A stretch of 64,000 nt of DNA from Ophelia neglecta (lineage: Eukaryota), in the NCBI GenBank assembly GCA_965285935.1, contig OZ260664.1, forward strand, positions 78,120,001 to 78,184,000. The letters are read 5' to 3'. The translations under genes and the position numbers were made by a program. Below, one piece after another: positions 39,091-51,564 of this stretch (position 1 is the stretch's first letter; each line of letters begins with the position of its first letter). The notes beneath the pieces are model-generated. The model made no database searches. It was not told the DNA's origin and worked only from the letters and a program-made list of their open reading frames with translations.

Positions 39091-40742
39091 TCTTTATTAT
39101 TCTTCCAGTATTGCCATATTCTGTCAGTAGCCTGCCAACCATGTTCGCCTTCACCTTAATATTGCTTGTTCTCAATATAGACCTATAGGCCTGTAAGGTA
39201 AACGGATCTTGACATTTTACACAGGTACGATCTAAGTTATAGCTAGGAATGGGACCAAGTCACCAGATGTGAATGTGGCATTTTTACTTTGGTGCTGGGT
39301 ATTCAGGGGTCTCTGCGCTTTAGTATGTGGCACTGGATGTTTACGAGACAGAGGAGGGGGGGGGGGAGGGGGAGGAAATTGCCTACCTATTATAGGCATA
39401 ACAAGTATAGATTTTGACACGTACTGTATCTATACGTATCATTGCGTAATGATTATTTGATGCTGAAGATGGGGTGAACAATACAAATGGTTTCCTATAA
39501 GCCTAATGGGTAAACCTTGTTCTTTGGCTACTGCGACAACCGCTGCTAATATTCGCAGGTTGTACTGCCGGTCAATGGCACCTTTGTATCTTACAAAGTC
39601 ACATTACATTCTGCGGTTCCTTATGCCTAATAGGCGCCCTCCTGTCCCATTCAGAAGAAGTCACAAGGTGACTCGGGTCCCCTTAATAAACGCGTCTATT
39701 AACAGTACTGTAGCTGATTCAGGTGTAGTATCGGGCCTGATTCATTCCTTTTTCCGGTGTGACCCGTCGGTCTTGAAAGTCGGATGATCCGGTAAATCGG
39801 ATTACCGCGTTACGGATACAAAGGCTGTCTTTGCATGGGTTATGGGTCGCAATATAAATATCTATTTTTTACACCTCCACCCCCAGCCCGGACCCCCCCC
39901 CCCAACCCCCCCCCCCACACACACACACACACCTCCCCCTCAGTAGCTGTTCTCCCAGCATGCCTATGGGCCGTATAGACCTCTCGGTGTCTCAGGTGAT
40001 GACAGTCACTGTGATGATTATAAATAGTATTAATATAGGCCTAATGATTACCAGTGCAGCGTCAATCACTATCACTATAGGCCTACCTCCACGAAAGGTT
40101 GCTCAGCCTTGACCAGGCGCAAGGAGTAGTTTTGGTCAGAGTAGTGGCTGGTGCGGTTATACACTAGATTTGTATGCCAAGTAGCAAACGTTACGCGTTA
40201 TTGTACTTCCAACCAATAAGAACGGTTGATACAAGAGTGCTTGTCTCGTCTGTCCTCTGTACACACTGTGTGTAACTTTGATGTGATAGGACCTACGTTC
40301 CTGAATTCAGGTAGAATGTACCGTTGTTAATATTTTATACATGCATTAGTTTAGTAACATATTAAGACGTAGGCTGTAACCGAATCGCCCATTTCATGCT
40401 TACCGGCCTTAAACCGGTTCTTGTACGATGTCAAGTTATAAATACATTCCTGCTAGTGGGATGACCTGCTAACAGACATCAAAAAGCGGATGAATACCGT
40501 AAGCTTATATTATCGCCCGCCGTGTAGTCTGTTCTAGATGTGCTTGGTCTAGGCCCCTTTCAAATGGGAATATTCAAATTAAGTTGACATGACGTTATGA
40601 ATAGAAACTGTCCTACATTGTATTTTCTTATACATAGTAAGCCCGTAAATTGGGTTACGACAAATATATTATATATATATATATATATTATAGTACTATT
40701 CCATGCAAACCCATCATTTCGTCCGGGCCTAAACAGCTCGTC

Positions 40743-41265
40743 CCCGGGGGGGGGGGGGGGGGGTACTCCCATATATGGCCATAGTAGGTATGCTCCGCGG
40801 TAAAGGGTATCTTTTTCACCAATTTTTCCCTATCAAATTGGGTATCTTTTTCACAACGATGCTATCAAATGGGTCGCTTTTTCACAATTGTTCTATCAAA
40901 TGGGTCATCACATTTGAATGTCTATCAAAAGGGTCTAATTTTCTCTTTAATCTATCATATTGATCAGACGATGAGATCGTAAAAACTTGCCAGACAAGTT
41001 GTGAAATTACGCTGGCATCTGCGGCCCGCTCGTCTTGTGTCATGTGGAGTCAAACTACTTCATCGTTCTTGTTCGAAGTGCGAGTAGTGCTACGGCAGAA
41101 TGCAACGCACGGCACCGGAAGTTCTATCAAATGGGTACCTTTTTCGAGGAATTTCTATCAAATGGGTATCTTTTTCGAGGAATTTCTATCATAATGACCC
41201 CCTTTTTCAAAGCTGCGGGGAGCACCCCCACCCTAAAATATAGGAAGTACCCCCCCCCCCCCGAG
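40743..41265. mobile_element. Non-autonomous DNA transposon with CCCG(n)TAC termini and subterminal repeats (possibly CMC/EnSpm-like)
   Basis: CCCGGGG..GGTACTCCCATAT and ATAGGAAGTACCCC..CCGAG inverted ends; at least 6 copies of a CTATCAAATGGGT-like motif near both ends. Confidence 0.65.
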
Positions 41266-42493
41266 CTCGTCTCGTGAAAGGCTTTTGGAATATTGTTTCC
41301 CTACCCTCCTCTTCATTGCAAAGCTTAATTCTGTCCACAATTTTGTAAAGAAAAATCATTGTGTGTTATCTGTAATTATTATTTGTATTATTAAAGGCAC
41401 TGTACCCCACTCTGCATATGGACAAACTGTTGGCTATCACGTGGTCCAAGCTATCAAATTTGGCCTCATTTGCAAGTTTCCATTCCCTCCTATATTCCCA
41501 GTCAAGGCCAAGTCAAAATGAAGATATTTAAGTCTTTGTCCACATACTGCTCAAACTTTTAGTATAGTACCTCTCTAAGCACATTGGGTGAAAAGAAAAG
41601 TGAAATATATGTTAACCCTTTATAGGTCAATGGGACTGAGCTCTAAGATTGCGGTTATTGCCTATAGGAGTGCTAAGTCTTTGGTAAGTTGTATACAAGA
41701 GTTGTATGTATATATACCAGCTGAGAAAGTATGCACTGTCATTATTTATCTTCCCACCATCGCTACCACCCCCCACCCCCACCCCCCCACCCCCCAACGA
41801 AAACAAACATCCGAAAAGAAAACTGCTTAGATTAAGGTACATATATATGCTAAAATAGTGCAATGGTTATAGGACTAAATTTGCAACTGCTTGTAAAATA
41901 TAGGGAGTCCAGTGTTAACACGTTTTTGGATATTGGCCCACCGGTCTGATAGGCTTATCTCGCTTATATCAATGCACCAATCCGCATTGAATAATTGTTT
42001 CTTCCTTTTCCGTTGTCGTTTTGCATGAATTCGCCTGTTGGTTTTTGCCAGTGTGTCCACATATATCTAAAACAAACAGAATACTAACGTGACCAACACA
42101 CAAGCGTATTTCGTATCTATATATATCAGGTATATGATTTGATGCGATAGAGGTTTCTCTGCTTCTTTTATATTTCTTGAAAAAAGCACAAAGTGAATAA
42201 TTATTAGAAAAAGTGCCCTAGATGTTCAGGTGTCTGTAATTAAATCAATAGGGCTTACAAATCTGATCAAAAGTGACCAGTGATAACATCAATAGACCGA
42301 GTGTAGCACCACAGCCTCGTTCTAACCTAAAGGCCGACAAAGAGCATGTTATATTAAGTGATTATTTGCTTTTAATTTTCTTTGTCTTTTATCCCAAATC
42401 CAACATGCTCTCAATGTTTTTCAATGGATAAAATGAGTTGGTACTTAAGGTACTTAATAAGTTGTATTTTATTTTCAGCACCGATCATCAGTT

Positions 42494-43183
42494 ATGTCTT
42501 TGATAAATTTCAAAAGCGAGAACGCCAAGGGAGACTGTCCTGCTGTGTTGGTCAAGGGAGGGGAGATAGGAGTGATCGTCCTTCAGGAGTGGTGGGGGCT
42601 GAACGATCAGATCAAGGAGGAAGGGGCCGACATCTCTCGCCGGGGAAACTTCACTGTCCTCATCCCTGATCTGTACCGCGGAAAGGTGGCCACCGACCGC
42701 GAGACGGCCGGACATTACATGAATGACCTTGACTGGCCCGGCGCTGTGAAGGATGTCAAGGGGGCAGCGCAGTACCTTCTGGCCAATGGCTGCAAGAACG
42801 TAGGTGTAACCGGCTTTTGTATGGGAGGCGCCCTCTCAATGGCGGCCGCCGCAATGGTACCGGAAGTAAAAGCATCTGTTCCATTTTACGGCATTCCAAG
42901 CGCCGAGCTTTGCGACGTGTGTACCATAAAATGCCCTATGCAGTGTCATTTTGGGGAGAAGGATGAATTAGAGGGGTTTTCTTCACCGAAGGACTATAAT
43001 GCTCTTAAGGAGAAGCTATCCAAGGCCAAAGTCCCCTTCGAGTTGCATACCTACCCCGCTGGTCACGCCTTTACCAACCGGACAGGACCCCTGGAAAACT
43101 ATAATGAGGAGTGTACCGAAAAGGCTTTAGACCGCATGGCCGCTTTCTTCACGGAAAAGTTGGGCGAAAGCAGTAAAATGTAA
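42494..43183 (+). CDS. Dienelactone hydrolase family protein (usf/CMBL-like alpha/beta hydrolase), 229 aa
   Basis: Motifs QEWWG, PDLYRG, GFCMGG nucleophile elbow, FGEKD and AGHAF give a complete Cys-Asp-His triad. Single coding exon with a UTR acceptor TTTTCAG just upstream. Confidence 0.92.
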   Translation: MSLINFKSENAKGDCPAVLVKGGEIGVIVLQEWWGLNDQIKEEGADISRRGNFTVLIPDLYRGKVATDRETAGHYMNDLDWPGAVKDVKGAAQYLLANGCKNVGVTGFCMGGALSMAAAAMVPEVKASVPFYGIPSAELCDVCTIKCPMQCHFGEKDELEGFSSPKDYNALKEKLSKAKVPFELHTYPAGHAFTNRTGPLENYNEECTEKALDRMAAFFTEKLGESSKM

Positions 43184-44120
43184 ACAGTCCATTTGTTTCC
43201 GATTAAAACATTATCAATTATTATTTGATCAAGAGAGATCAACAACAAAGTTTGTTTTGAAAACTTTTGTTTAAGCAAGTATATTTAAGTCTATCGGAAT
43301 CATATTATAGACTTTGGATTCAAAGTACATCTCAAAGAGTTTCGTTCATTATTATATAATATTTTATTTTATGATATTAAGATAATATTGCTGAGCTTAA
43401 AAAATATTGCCAGTACTCAATAGCTAGTCATTGGACATGAAGATCACAGAATAAAAATTAATTAACTTATACTTAGTTTTGTGTTTGTCTTTTATAGTAA
43501 TAATATATACTATATTAATCATTATGAAATAATTTTAGAGCTTTCCTTTGCACCTTTGTAGTTTAAATTTGAACATTGAATACGACTTTCAATTGATTCC
43601 TCTATTGTGTATGTGTATAATTGTGTATAACAAGCCCGGAGCCTTGGGGTATTTTTCTCTTTGATGAGTCTTTTTGATTGGTCAACATTCAATTTGAATA
43701 TATAAGTATCAGTCCACTAGCACTCTACCATGAAACCATGGAAATCAGCAAAGCATGGTTCAAAACAGAAAAATTGTGAAAAATCGTCCGTTGTAATAGA
43801 CTTTCGTACTGTTTTTGAAAGCATGGGGAAAAACAAATAACTTATGTGTTCGGATGTTTAATTTCAAGCATAGGACCAAATAATATTTAATACACACAAT
43901 TATATTCACTGAACAAAGGTACATCGCTCAATAATAAAATATTATAAAATTGTATCCATATTTGGGTTAGGTCTACTTTTCTCATCAAATGATGTATAAG
44001 ATAAGATTTCAATTAGAATGGTATGTGTTTTTAGTTTACATATGCACACGAGACTTAAGTAAAAGGCAAATGTTTCCACAGCATTTAAGTAAATATGCCT
44101 TTAAAACAAAAATATAATCA

Positions 44121-44326
44121 TGTGATGCATAGACAAAAACAATTATTTATTTAGTATATTAAAATATGTAACAGTGTTTTTGAAAACACTATACTAGCCT
44201 CAATAAATGGTGTTTTAAATAATGTGATGCATACGGAAAAATTAATAATTTATTTAGAACATTAACATAAGTAACATTGTTTTTGAAAAATTTATGCTAG
44301 CGTTAATATATGTTGTTAAATAATGT
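44121..44326. repeat. Diverged tandem duplication of about 102 bp
   Basis: TGTGATGCATA...TTTATTTAG...TGTTTTTGAAAA...CTAGC...TAAATAA occurs twice in tandem. Confidence 0.6.
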
Positions 44327-45140
44327 AATAAAAAGTGTCGCTAGACAACGGCGTGAACCGAAGCCTTTCGAAAACGGGTGATTTATCTACAAGACTTAGT
44401 ATAAATGAGGACGTTCACCTGAAAATATTACAAGTACTACATCTTAACAAATGAAAGCATTTGGAAAACATATAGGCCTATAGTAATTTTTTTCAAGAAG
44501 TCATTTTTATCAAGCATGTCATACAAATGACATGATAATAAAATGTCTTATAAATATGGAGTGAAATCTTCTTCCTCGAAATCTGTTCGCCATGTTTTAG
44601 AGCCTGTTTTCTGTATATTTTCGAGATTGTCTACATGTACATAGTCTATCTATGCCACAAACGACAGTTACAAGCCGTTTGAGTTCCTTCACGCTTTTCT
44701 CTAGCTGCCTCTCTCCCTGTTAGCGCCACAAAGAGCTTGTCGAATTTTTACTCACGAGTCACGACCCAGTTTTTCTCTCGCTGGGTTTGGGGGAGGGGGG
44801 GGGGAGGGGGTTAACCCGGCAGGTAGGGGCAATCCATTTTTCCCCACATCCAGTTAAAAACTCACAAACCACACAAACACACCCTAAACATATGATTAAT
44901 TTTTTTTTCAAAATCGCTACTTGGCTCCCTCTGCAGGTGACCACATCATCTATAAGATAAATTCGACATTCCTTTGAGAAGCTCTCTTGTTGCAGTGCAA
45001 CACACTTCTTTCGGGTGGAAGTTAGTAAATACACTCATAGCACGCTGCTTTCATTGCGTATATCCTTGAGTCGACTTTCGGCAGAGCATGCTTCTTTCAG
45101 TGTCTTTTCTCCGGACAACATCTACTTTAGAGCAAGCTGC

Positions 45141-45395
45141 ATTCATAACACTCATATTTCAGAGCGCACTTCCGTCTTAACACGCATACTTCATAACGGG
45201 CGCGCTACCTTCATAACACTTATAATTCATAGCGCGCTTCCTTCATAACACGCATACTTCATAGCGCGCGCGCTTCCTTCTTAACACGCATACTTCATAG
45301 CGATCTTCCTTCCTTCATAACACTCATACTTCATAGCGCGCTTATTTCACAACACGCACTTCATAGCGTGCGCGCTTCTTTCATAATACGCATAC
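45141..45395. repeat. Minisatellite, unit about 32-35 bp, about 8 copies
   Basis: Repeated CTTCATAACACGCATACTTCATAGCGCGCTTC-like unit. Confidence 0.8.
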
Positions 45396-47252
45396 TAAGG
45401 AGTACGCGTAAGTGTTTGCTTAGTAAACCATATTAAAAGTGAATATATATGAATTTCAAGTCACATGTAGGAAATTTGATGTTCAAATTGCATAGGCCCA
45501 TGTGATCAGAAGGCGCAGAGAGCGGACAGAAATTCTCGGACCAATTACTGATGTATTTTTGGTAGTATAGGCCATATGCTTTATTTCCTCGCTTCCACCG
45601 AATGGGCGGAAACTTTTTTCCTCCTCCGCCCCCCCCCCCCCCTCCGCTATATATCGGAGGGGTAAAAACTCGTTTGCCAAAATCGACCTCACCCACTTAT
45701 TTACCCCCCCAGCCCTGCCCGCCGGTTACTGATAATGAACACTTCCTAGATTTGGAAATATAAGCCATGCACAGATAACGTCTTTAACTATAGTAAAATT
45801 AGTTCGATCCTCATTAAATTTGTTCTGTCCTCATGTTTATAGGGCATGGCTCCCGATCGCGTTGGTTACAGTACCTTAGTCAGGTTATACATTAACCGTC
45901 CGTTGACCCTCATTCATGGCGGTTGTTAAGGTCGGTCTACATATACAAGTTAGGCGCGAAAGACATACAAGTGACTGACAATACACCAGGGCTTGTTTAC
46001 ATGGCAAATGAGAGGCGTGTTCTAGACCACACTGACTACATACGTATCAATATTCTACAGGCGGAATGACACACTGCATTTGCTACGTTTCACACTTGAC
46101 ATACTTCTTCCAACGAGGTCTAAAGGGATATCATTGTTTATTTCTAATGTTTTGTTGTAACAAGCGATTTGGTTGGATGCTTAACCAGGATGCACATTCC
46201 GTACCAAACAGTTGCACTTAAAGAAAACAGTCTATGCTATAAAAACGACAGGTAACACGTAGGCCTAGGGCATGATTTAATTGTACGTTACAGTAGAGGC
46301 GACATCTGGCGAGTGTTATAGGCTACAAGACCACGAACATCAGAGTAGTGATGTTCAGTAAATAATGTTCGACTTAGTGTGATAGCAGACAGTTTTAAGC
46401 AAATTCAAATTTGTATAAAAAGTTGCTGAGCTTTGAGTATGCAATTAAATATATTCAATTCTGTACAGAAACAACCATTAGATAAAAGAAAGTTTCTGTT
46501 TATATTTAAGCACAATACAAAACAAGATGGCCACCACAGATAGTTCGCACAGAATTATTGTCAAACTGGTGTAGATGTACATGAACCTATAGTTGCAAAT
46601 TGCATCAGTGAAGCGCATACAAACATGCTTTAACTGCTTAACTTTTGGCATACATCTAAATGATAATAAATTTATTTGTCATCTAAAAACAATAAAAATG
46701 AAACTTTTTACATGTGCGCCTATCTTCTTTACAAAATTGTTTAGGCTTTCAAGATGTATCATCAGGGTGTAGGACAATATATATCACACGCTTCAGACGG
46801 TGAAATGAAATTTGACTACGGCGTACTAGTGTATGGACAAATCGTCTTCCCAAAAATTAAAACTAGATCAAACGATGTTTTCCAGTTATTCCAAGTTAAT
46901 GCCAACCCTATATAAAACTTCATAACATTATGTTGGCCAACAAATACTGGCTAATTTATCTGTAAGTGAAAGCTCGGTTTTTTCTAATCAAAGGTTGTAT
47001 TGTGCACTCTTTCCCTGGCATTGGAATGTTATTTGATATATTTAATCTAATAATGTTTAGAGGTCCTCCCGTACCTTCTCCGGTCCTACGTCCTCTCTAT
47101 AATTCAACTGCGTAGAGTTCATATAGGCCTAAATGTATTGGAGAACCTTTACAGTTTGGTTTTGTGTTACGATGATGGTTTTAGTAATATTTGCACAAAA
47201 AATGCTAATTATTTAGTAATGAGAAAATTGAAGCCTTGAGCGTTGAATGCTG

Positions 47253-47378
47253 CTTATAACAAATCTTATTCCACTTAGTGATATTGGAAAATTGGAAAAC
47301 TATTCCCACTAGATATAAGATTTGTTATAAGAAGCAAGAATAGTTTGCCAATCTTCCAATATCACTAAGTGGAATGAG
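47253..47378. repeat. Overlapping inverted repeats, probably a MITE remnant
   Basis: TTCCACTTAGTGATATTGGAA pairs with TTCCAATATCACTAAGTGGAA; CTTATAACAAATCTTAT pairs with ATAAGATTTGTTATAAG. Confidence 0.6.
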
Positions 47379-47687
47379 TCCTTACAATTGCCAAATAATG
47401 TTATTTAGTTAACCATAATTAGGAGTTAAATTATGTGATGGGTGGAGGCGGGTTTACATATATAATATACCTATGGGTTGTTACTAACTGTGGCCAGGCT
47501 GAACAAGAGCTGGGCGGCGTTTTTCTGTTGCACGACTAAGCTGCAAGCGTCCATATAATACGTCCACTGCGTTGCTGGAGTGCGTGCTTGCTCTTTCTCA
47601 AACAGAGCATGGAGAGTAGCCCAAACCACCATGTCCATTTGCAATGTTCATCACTGTAGAAGATGATCAGCATAAATTGAGCAACTC

Positions 47688-48866
47688 ATGGAAAAACATT
47701 TTCGATTGCCAATCGCCTCGGCATTCCCTTTGTGTTTTATTTGCCTTTTATTTTTCTTTATGATACTGGGCGTTTTTAAAAGAAATGGGAATTTGTGGTT
47801 ATCTGCACCGATATATCGAGCTTCAGATTCTCTGGTGGGAGTTAGAATTAAGACAGCTATACGGCAAAGTCGGCACAAAAGTATTTTTGAAAGAGAAAAG
47901 TGCTCCAATAAACATTTCATAACTTATTATCGCCTCCACGACGGTCTTCCGGGAGAAGGCTACTGGGACGAGAGGGACCATTTTCACCCTTGCCTTTGTC
48001 AACTGGATAACGAGACGATGTCGACAGATGACCTGCATCAATGTCTCCGAGAAAAACAAATCAAACGTATTTTAACCATTGGTAACTCAAACGCCGCTCG
48101 GTTCTATCTATCTCTGATAGATCTTCTCTCGCCAGGATATTCGGAATGTTATCAAACCCGCGCGGAAAACAGGTCAGGAATGGATCTCCCAATACCAGTT
48201 TCATATTACACTCGAGGCAACAAAACTTTGCAGACTGCATTAAAAGCTGGAAAAATACATTGCCGGAAATGCTACAGCCGGACATATCTGTGTAAATCGG
48301 CCAGTGTCTATCTCGAACTAGAACATTTAGGTATGATGTTAATGTGGGACCAAACGCTGCACATTAACACCAACAGTAGCAAGCTCTCCGCACAAACTAC
48401 ACAGGAATTTCTGTTCAAATATTACATACCTAAGGATGTACCAGACATTGTTCTGCTTGCGCCACCTGTAAACCTGATGAAGCAAGCTAGAAATGTCACG
48501 GAGCAAATAAACGGTATTATAAAGGTAAATGATTTAATACAGAAATATATTCCAAACACGCTGGTATATTGGATATCGGGCTTTGCTGAGGTAGATGAGA
48601 AAAAACCGGAATATTATAAAAACAGAACCTACGGTGGACTGTTAGGGACAGAACGTATCGATGAAATAAACAAATCCATGTTTAGGATTTTGAAATCCCA
48701 ATTGATGAATAATGCGAATCGGACCCGGTCATTTTTTGACCTCGTGCCTATATCTAAGCCAAAATCTTACTGGAGCTTGGACGGTGTGCACATGGATGGC
48801 GAAAATAACAAGTGGTATAAAATTATATTCAATTATTGGTTACAAATATTTTGTAATAGTGTTTGA
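47688..48866 (+). CDS. Type II membrane SGNH/PC-esterase-like (NXPE/TBL-like) putative acyl esterase or acyltransferase, 392 aa
   Basis: Intronless 392-aa ORF with an N-terminal hydrophobic anchor, Cys-rich stem, ILTIGNSN (GDS-like block I), C-terminal SLDGVH (DxxH) and multiple N-glycosylation sequons. Confidence 0.7.
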   Translation: MEKHFRLPIASAFPLCFICLLFFFMILGVFKRNGNLWLSAPIYRASDSLVGVRIKTAIRQSRHKSIFEREKCSNKHFITYYRLHDGLPGEGYWDERDHFHPCLCQLDNETMSTDDLHQCLREKQIKRILTIGNSNAARFYLSLIDLLSPGYSECYQTRAENRSGMDLPIPVSYYTRGNKTLQTALKAGKIHCRKCYSRTYLCKSASVYLELEHLGMMLMWDQTLHINTNSSKLSAQTTQEFLFKYYIPKDVPDIVLLAPPVNLMKQARNVTEQINGIIKVNDLIQKYIPNTLVYWISGFAEVDEKKPEYYKNRTYGGLLGTERIDEINKSMFRILKSQLMNNANRTRSFFDLVPISKPKSYWSLDGVHMDGENNKWYKIIFNYWLQIFCNSV

Positions 48867-49321
48867 TAGACATATATTACTCCTGTACGTACGTCATTAA
48901 AGAGAGTTTAGAATCGAACCAGGCATTCTCGACATCATTTCTATATATATACACCAAAGTTTCGGTGCCAGCATTAAAAATCGACCATCGCCCTTTCTAA
49001 CAAGGAAACCAAAACCTCCATAGCCATTTTAAGAACATCCCGTATGAATCAACCACATAACAAAATTAATTTCTGTCAAATTATAGAGTTCACTTTTTCT
49101 CTTCACTGAATAATGATATTGCTTTTTTTGCCGAGTGTCTATTCCGGTTTGCTTTCTTGTACCCTGTGTTCTATAAATCCTTCAGTGTTGCAACACTAGG
49201 GATATAACGTTACATACTTGTTTCAATCAACTTAATACAATTGGACATCTCCCGTTTCATATGTATAACATCGGGCCAAAAGTTCTATCACAGACAAATG
49301 TATGTATAAGATGAATATCAA

Positions 49322-49504
49322 TACAGGTAAACCTGCCTTAAAGACCACCTCTATAATCAGACCACCTGTCAATTCAGACCACTTATATGAGGACCATGCT
49401 GTATACTTTCAATGTAAAAATTAACTGTCTGAACAGACCACCTCTGAAATCAGACCAGCATTATCCAGTCCCTTGGGTGGTCTTAATTCACCGGTTTCAC
49501 TGTA
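49322..49504. mobile_element. MITE, family 1 (best-preserved copy)
   Basis: TA-CAGGTAAACCTG...CCGGTTTCACTG-TA; closely matches the reverse complement of 530-681. Confidence 0.8.
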
Positions 49505-49879
49505 TACTATTATTGCAGGCAAATCGACGTTTCACGTTTTTCAAACGTATTGGGTCCAATCGATCCCTGGTGGGTGACAATGGCGTAGCCCTTTGTTTTG
49601 CACACCTATCAATTCGAAGTCAGGGTATAAGTATAGGGCTAGTGTTCTCATTAGTACATGTAATGCGCCTATGAAGCGCACCATGGGATCTATTCTTTTA
49701 CCACTACTGATTCTTGTTGTCACACTTTCTATTGGCCTTTGAGCAGGTAATATGGTATCCGTCTAACAGAGACACAGACGACACTGCTCGTTTTGGCTGT
49801 GAAATATATCCCCATGTCCGGTTCGTGGTTGTGTAAGGCAAAAAAATGGCAGTGTATACTTGGCAGACAAAGAAAATAA

Positions 49880-51564
49880 GGGCTGTTCCAGAAATTGTCC
49901 TCAGGGGGGGGGGGGGGGGGGGTGGGCGGCAACGACTTTCCTGTCCGGGATAGGGGGGGTAAATTGGAAAGGGCTGTCCGGGATATGGGGGGGGGGTAAA
50001 TAAAAAAGCCTGTCCGGGGGATGGAGGTGTAATTCAAATAGTGTGTCCGGGGGAGGGGGGGGGGGATTTTCAAACTTATGTCCGGGGGATCGAACTTATG
50101 TCCGGGGGATCGGACTCGGGGAAAAGCCGGTATTGAAAGCCTACCTATAAGTTCGTGCAAATTAAGTCACAGTGATATGTCCGAGGGGCCGAATGGTCCC
50201 TAAAGATTATTCCATGTATATACATGTTCTGTTATTCGGGTTCACCGCTGACCGTTTTGGAATCGTACATCCATATATTCTCGCGCAAGACTATATATAT
50301 TTGCGGTTTCTTCCATTGTCGGTCAAACCGTGAACAAATGCGATATGCACCCGGCCACAACTAACCCGGCCACAACCAAAGCGTCAATACGCAGTTTCGG
50401 CAGCGGCAGCACAATTTAAATTACCTTTTCTCAGGACATAGTCAAACCAGGGAAAAAATAAGATCAAAACAGCAAAAGCTATAAGTATAGTTATACCTTG
50501 GAGCTAGTTGATCGATTGACAGCCTGACGGTGCCCAGCCTATTTCAGCTGGACCAGGTTGGCATTTGTCAGGTACGTTTTAGTTCGCGGGCGGTTTGGCT
50601 TGGGCGCAGCTTGCTTCTCCGCCATATTCGATAAATTGTTTCATCATGCACTATATCTTGTTACGATAAATGTCCAAAATAACATAAGAATATTGCATTT
50701 ATATACTAGTAGATACTAAACTAGGTTTTATTATTAAAGCAGAGTACTCCCCTCCATGTTGAACAAATCTTCTTTGCCCATTTCCCATAATTTATTACCT
50801 ATGTTTATTGCATTTAAATGTCATGATTACAACCTTAACTGTGCAGTGATATGTCTTCTGCTTGATAATTATCCACATGTTACACTGATAAAATCTTGTG
50901 TGACCACCACTGAAAATCTCTCGTGGAGTTGCATACACGAGCAGGAGGAATTTTACTTTCATATCTATTGGGAGTATAAATATTACATAGTAAGGTATAG
51001 TAGCTTTGGAGGATAAATTTCTCTATAGTTCAGAAAGGTTTCAAAAAGCTGCCTAAAAAGTAGAACAAAGAGGGGTCAATGTGGTGTCTTAGAAATATAA
51101 GGTGCAGTTTGTGCCCCTATAGGGGGCAAATGCATATGAACATGTAGGATTAGTCCTGTGGGATTGTCCGGAGGGACCTCCCGGGCCTGGGTTCAAATCC
51201 AGCCTGAGGGGGTGTTTTTCAACCTAGCCTTGTGTTGGGGGAGTGATCCATCTGATGGGTGCCTAATCTTTCGAATGGACTCCTTTTTCCCGATGTGACC
51301 TCTCCAGCGTTGAAAGGGACTTTAATAAAAAATTTAACATTTTTTTGTCCGGGGGGGGGGGGCACTTTTTGAAAAACGGTGTCCGGGATAGGGGGGTCTT
51401 TGGAGAAAGCTTGTCCGGGAGGTGGGGGTGTTAACAAAAACATACGTCCGGGGGATGGGGGAACTTTGGAAAAGGTCTGTCCGGGGGAGGAGGGGGGGGG
51501 GGGGGTCTGAAAAAAAAGTTGCCTCCCACCCCCCACCCCCTGAGGACAATTTCTGGAACAGCCC
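49880..51564. mobile_element. Non-autonomous PIF/Harbinger-type DNA transposon, 1.7 kb
   Basis: Perfect TIR GGGCTGTTCCAGAAATTGTCCTCAGGGG and its reverse complement; TAA TSD on both sides (49877-49879 and 51565-51567); TGTCCGGGG subterminal repeats; no transposase ORF. Confidence 0.85.

Noticed and set aside
45141-45395. Array of repeats about 33 bp long, superficially CRISPR-like
   Set aside because: The units are contiguous with no unique spacers, there are no cas genes and the context is eukaryotic; it is a minisatellite.
49729-50160. Proline-rich ORFs here and at 51219-51549
   Set aside because: Artefacts of poly-G/C subterminal repeats of the DNA transposon.
51160-51220. tRNA gene suggested by the GGGTTCAAATCC B-box
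   Set aside because: No convincing A-box or cloverleaf; at most a SINE remnant inside the Harbinger-type element.
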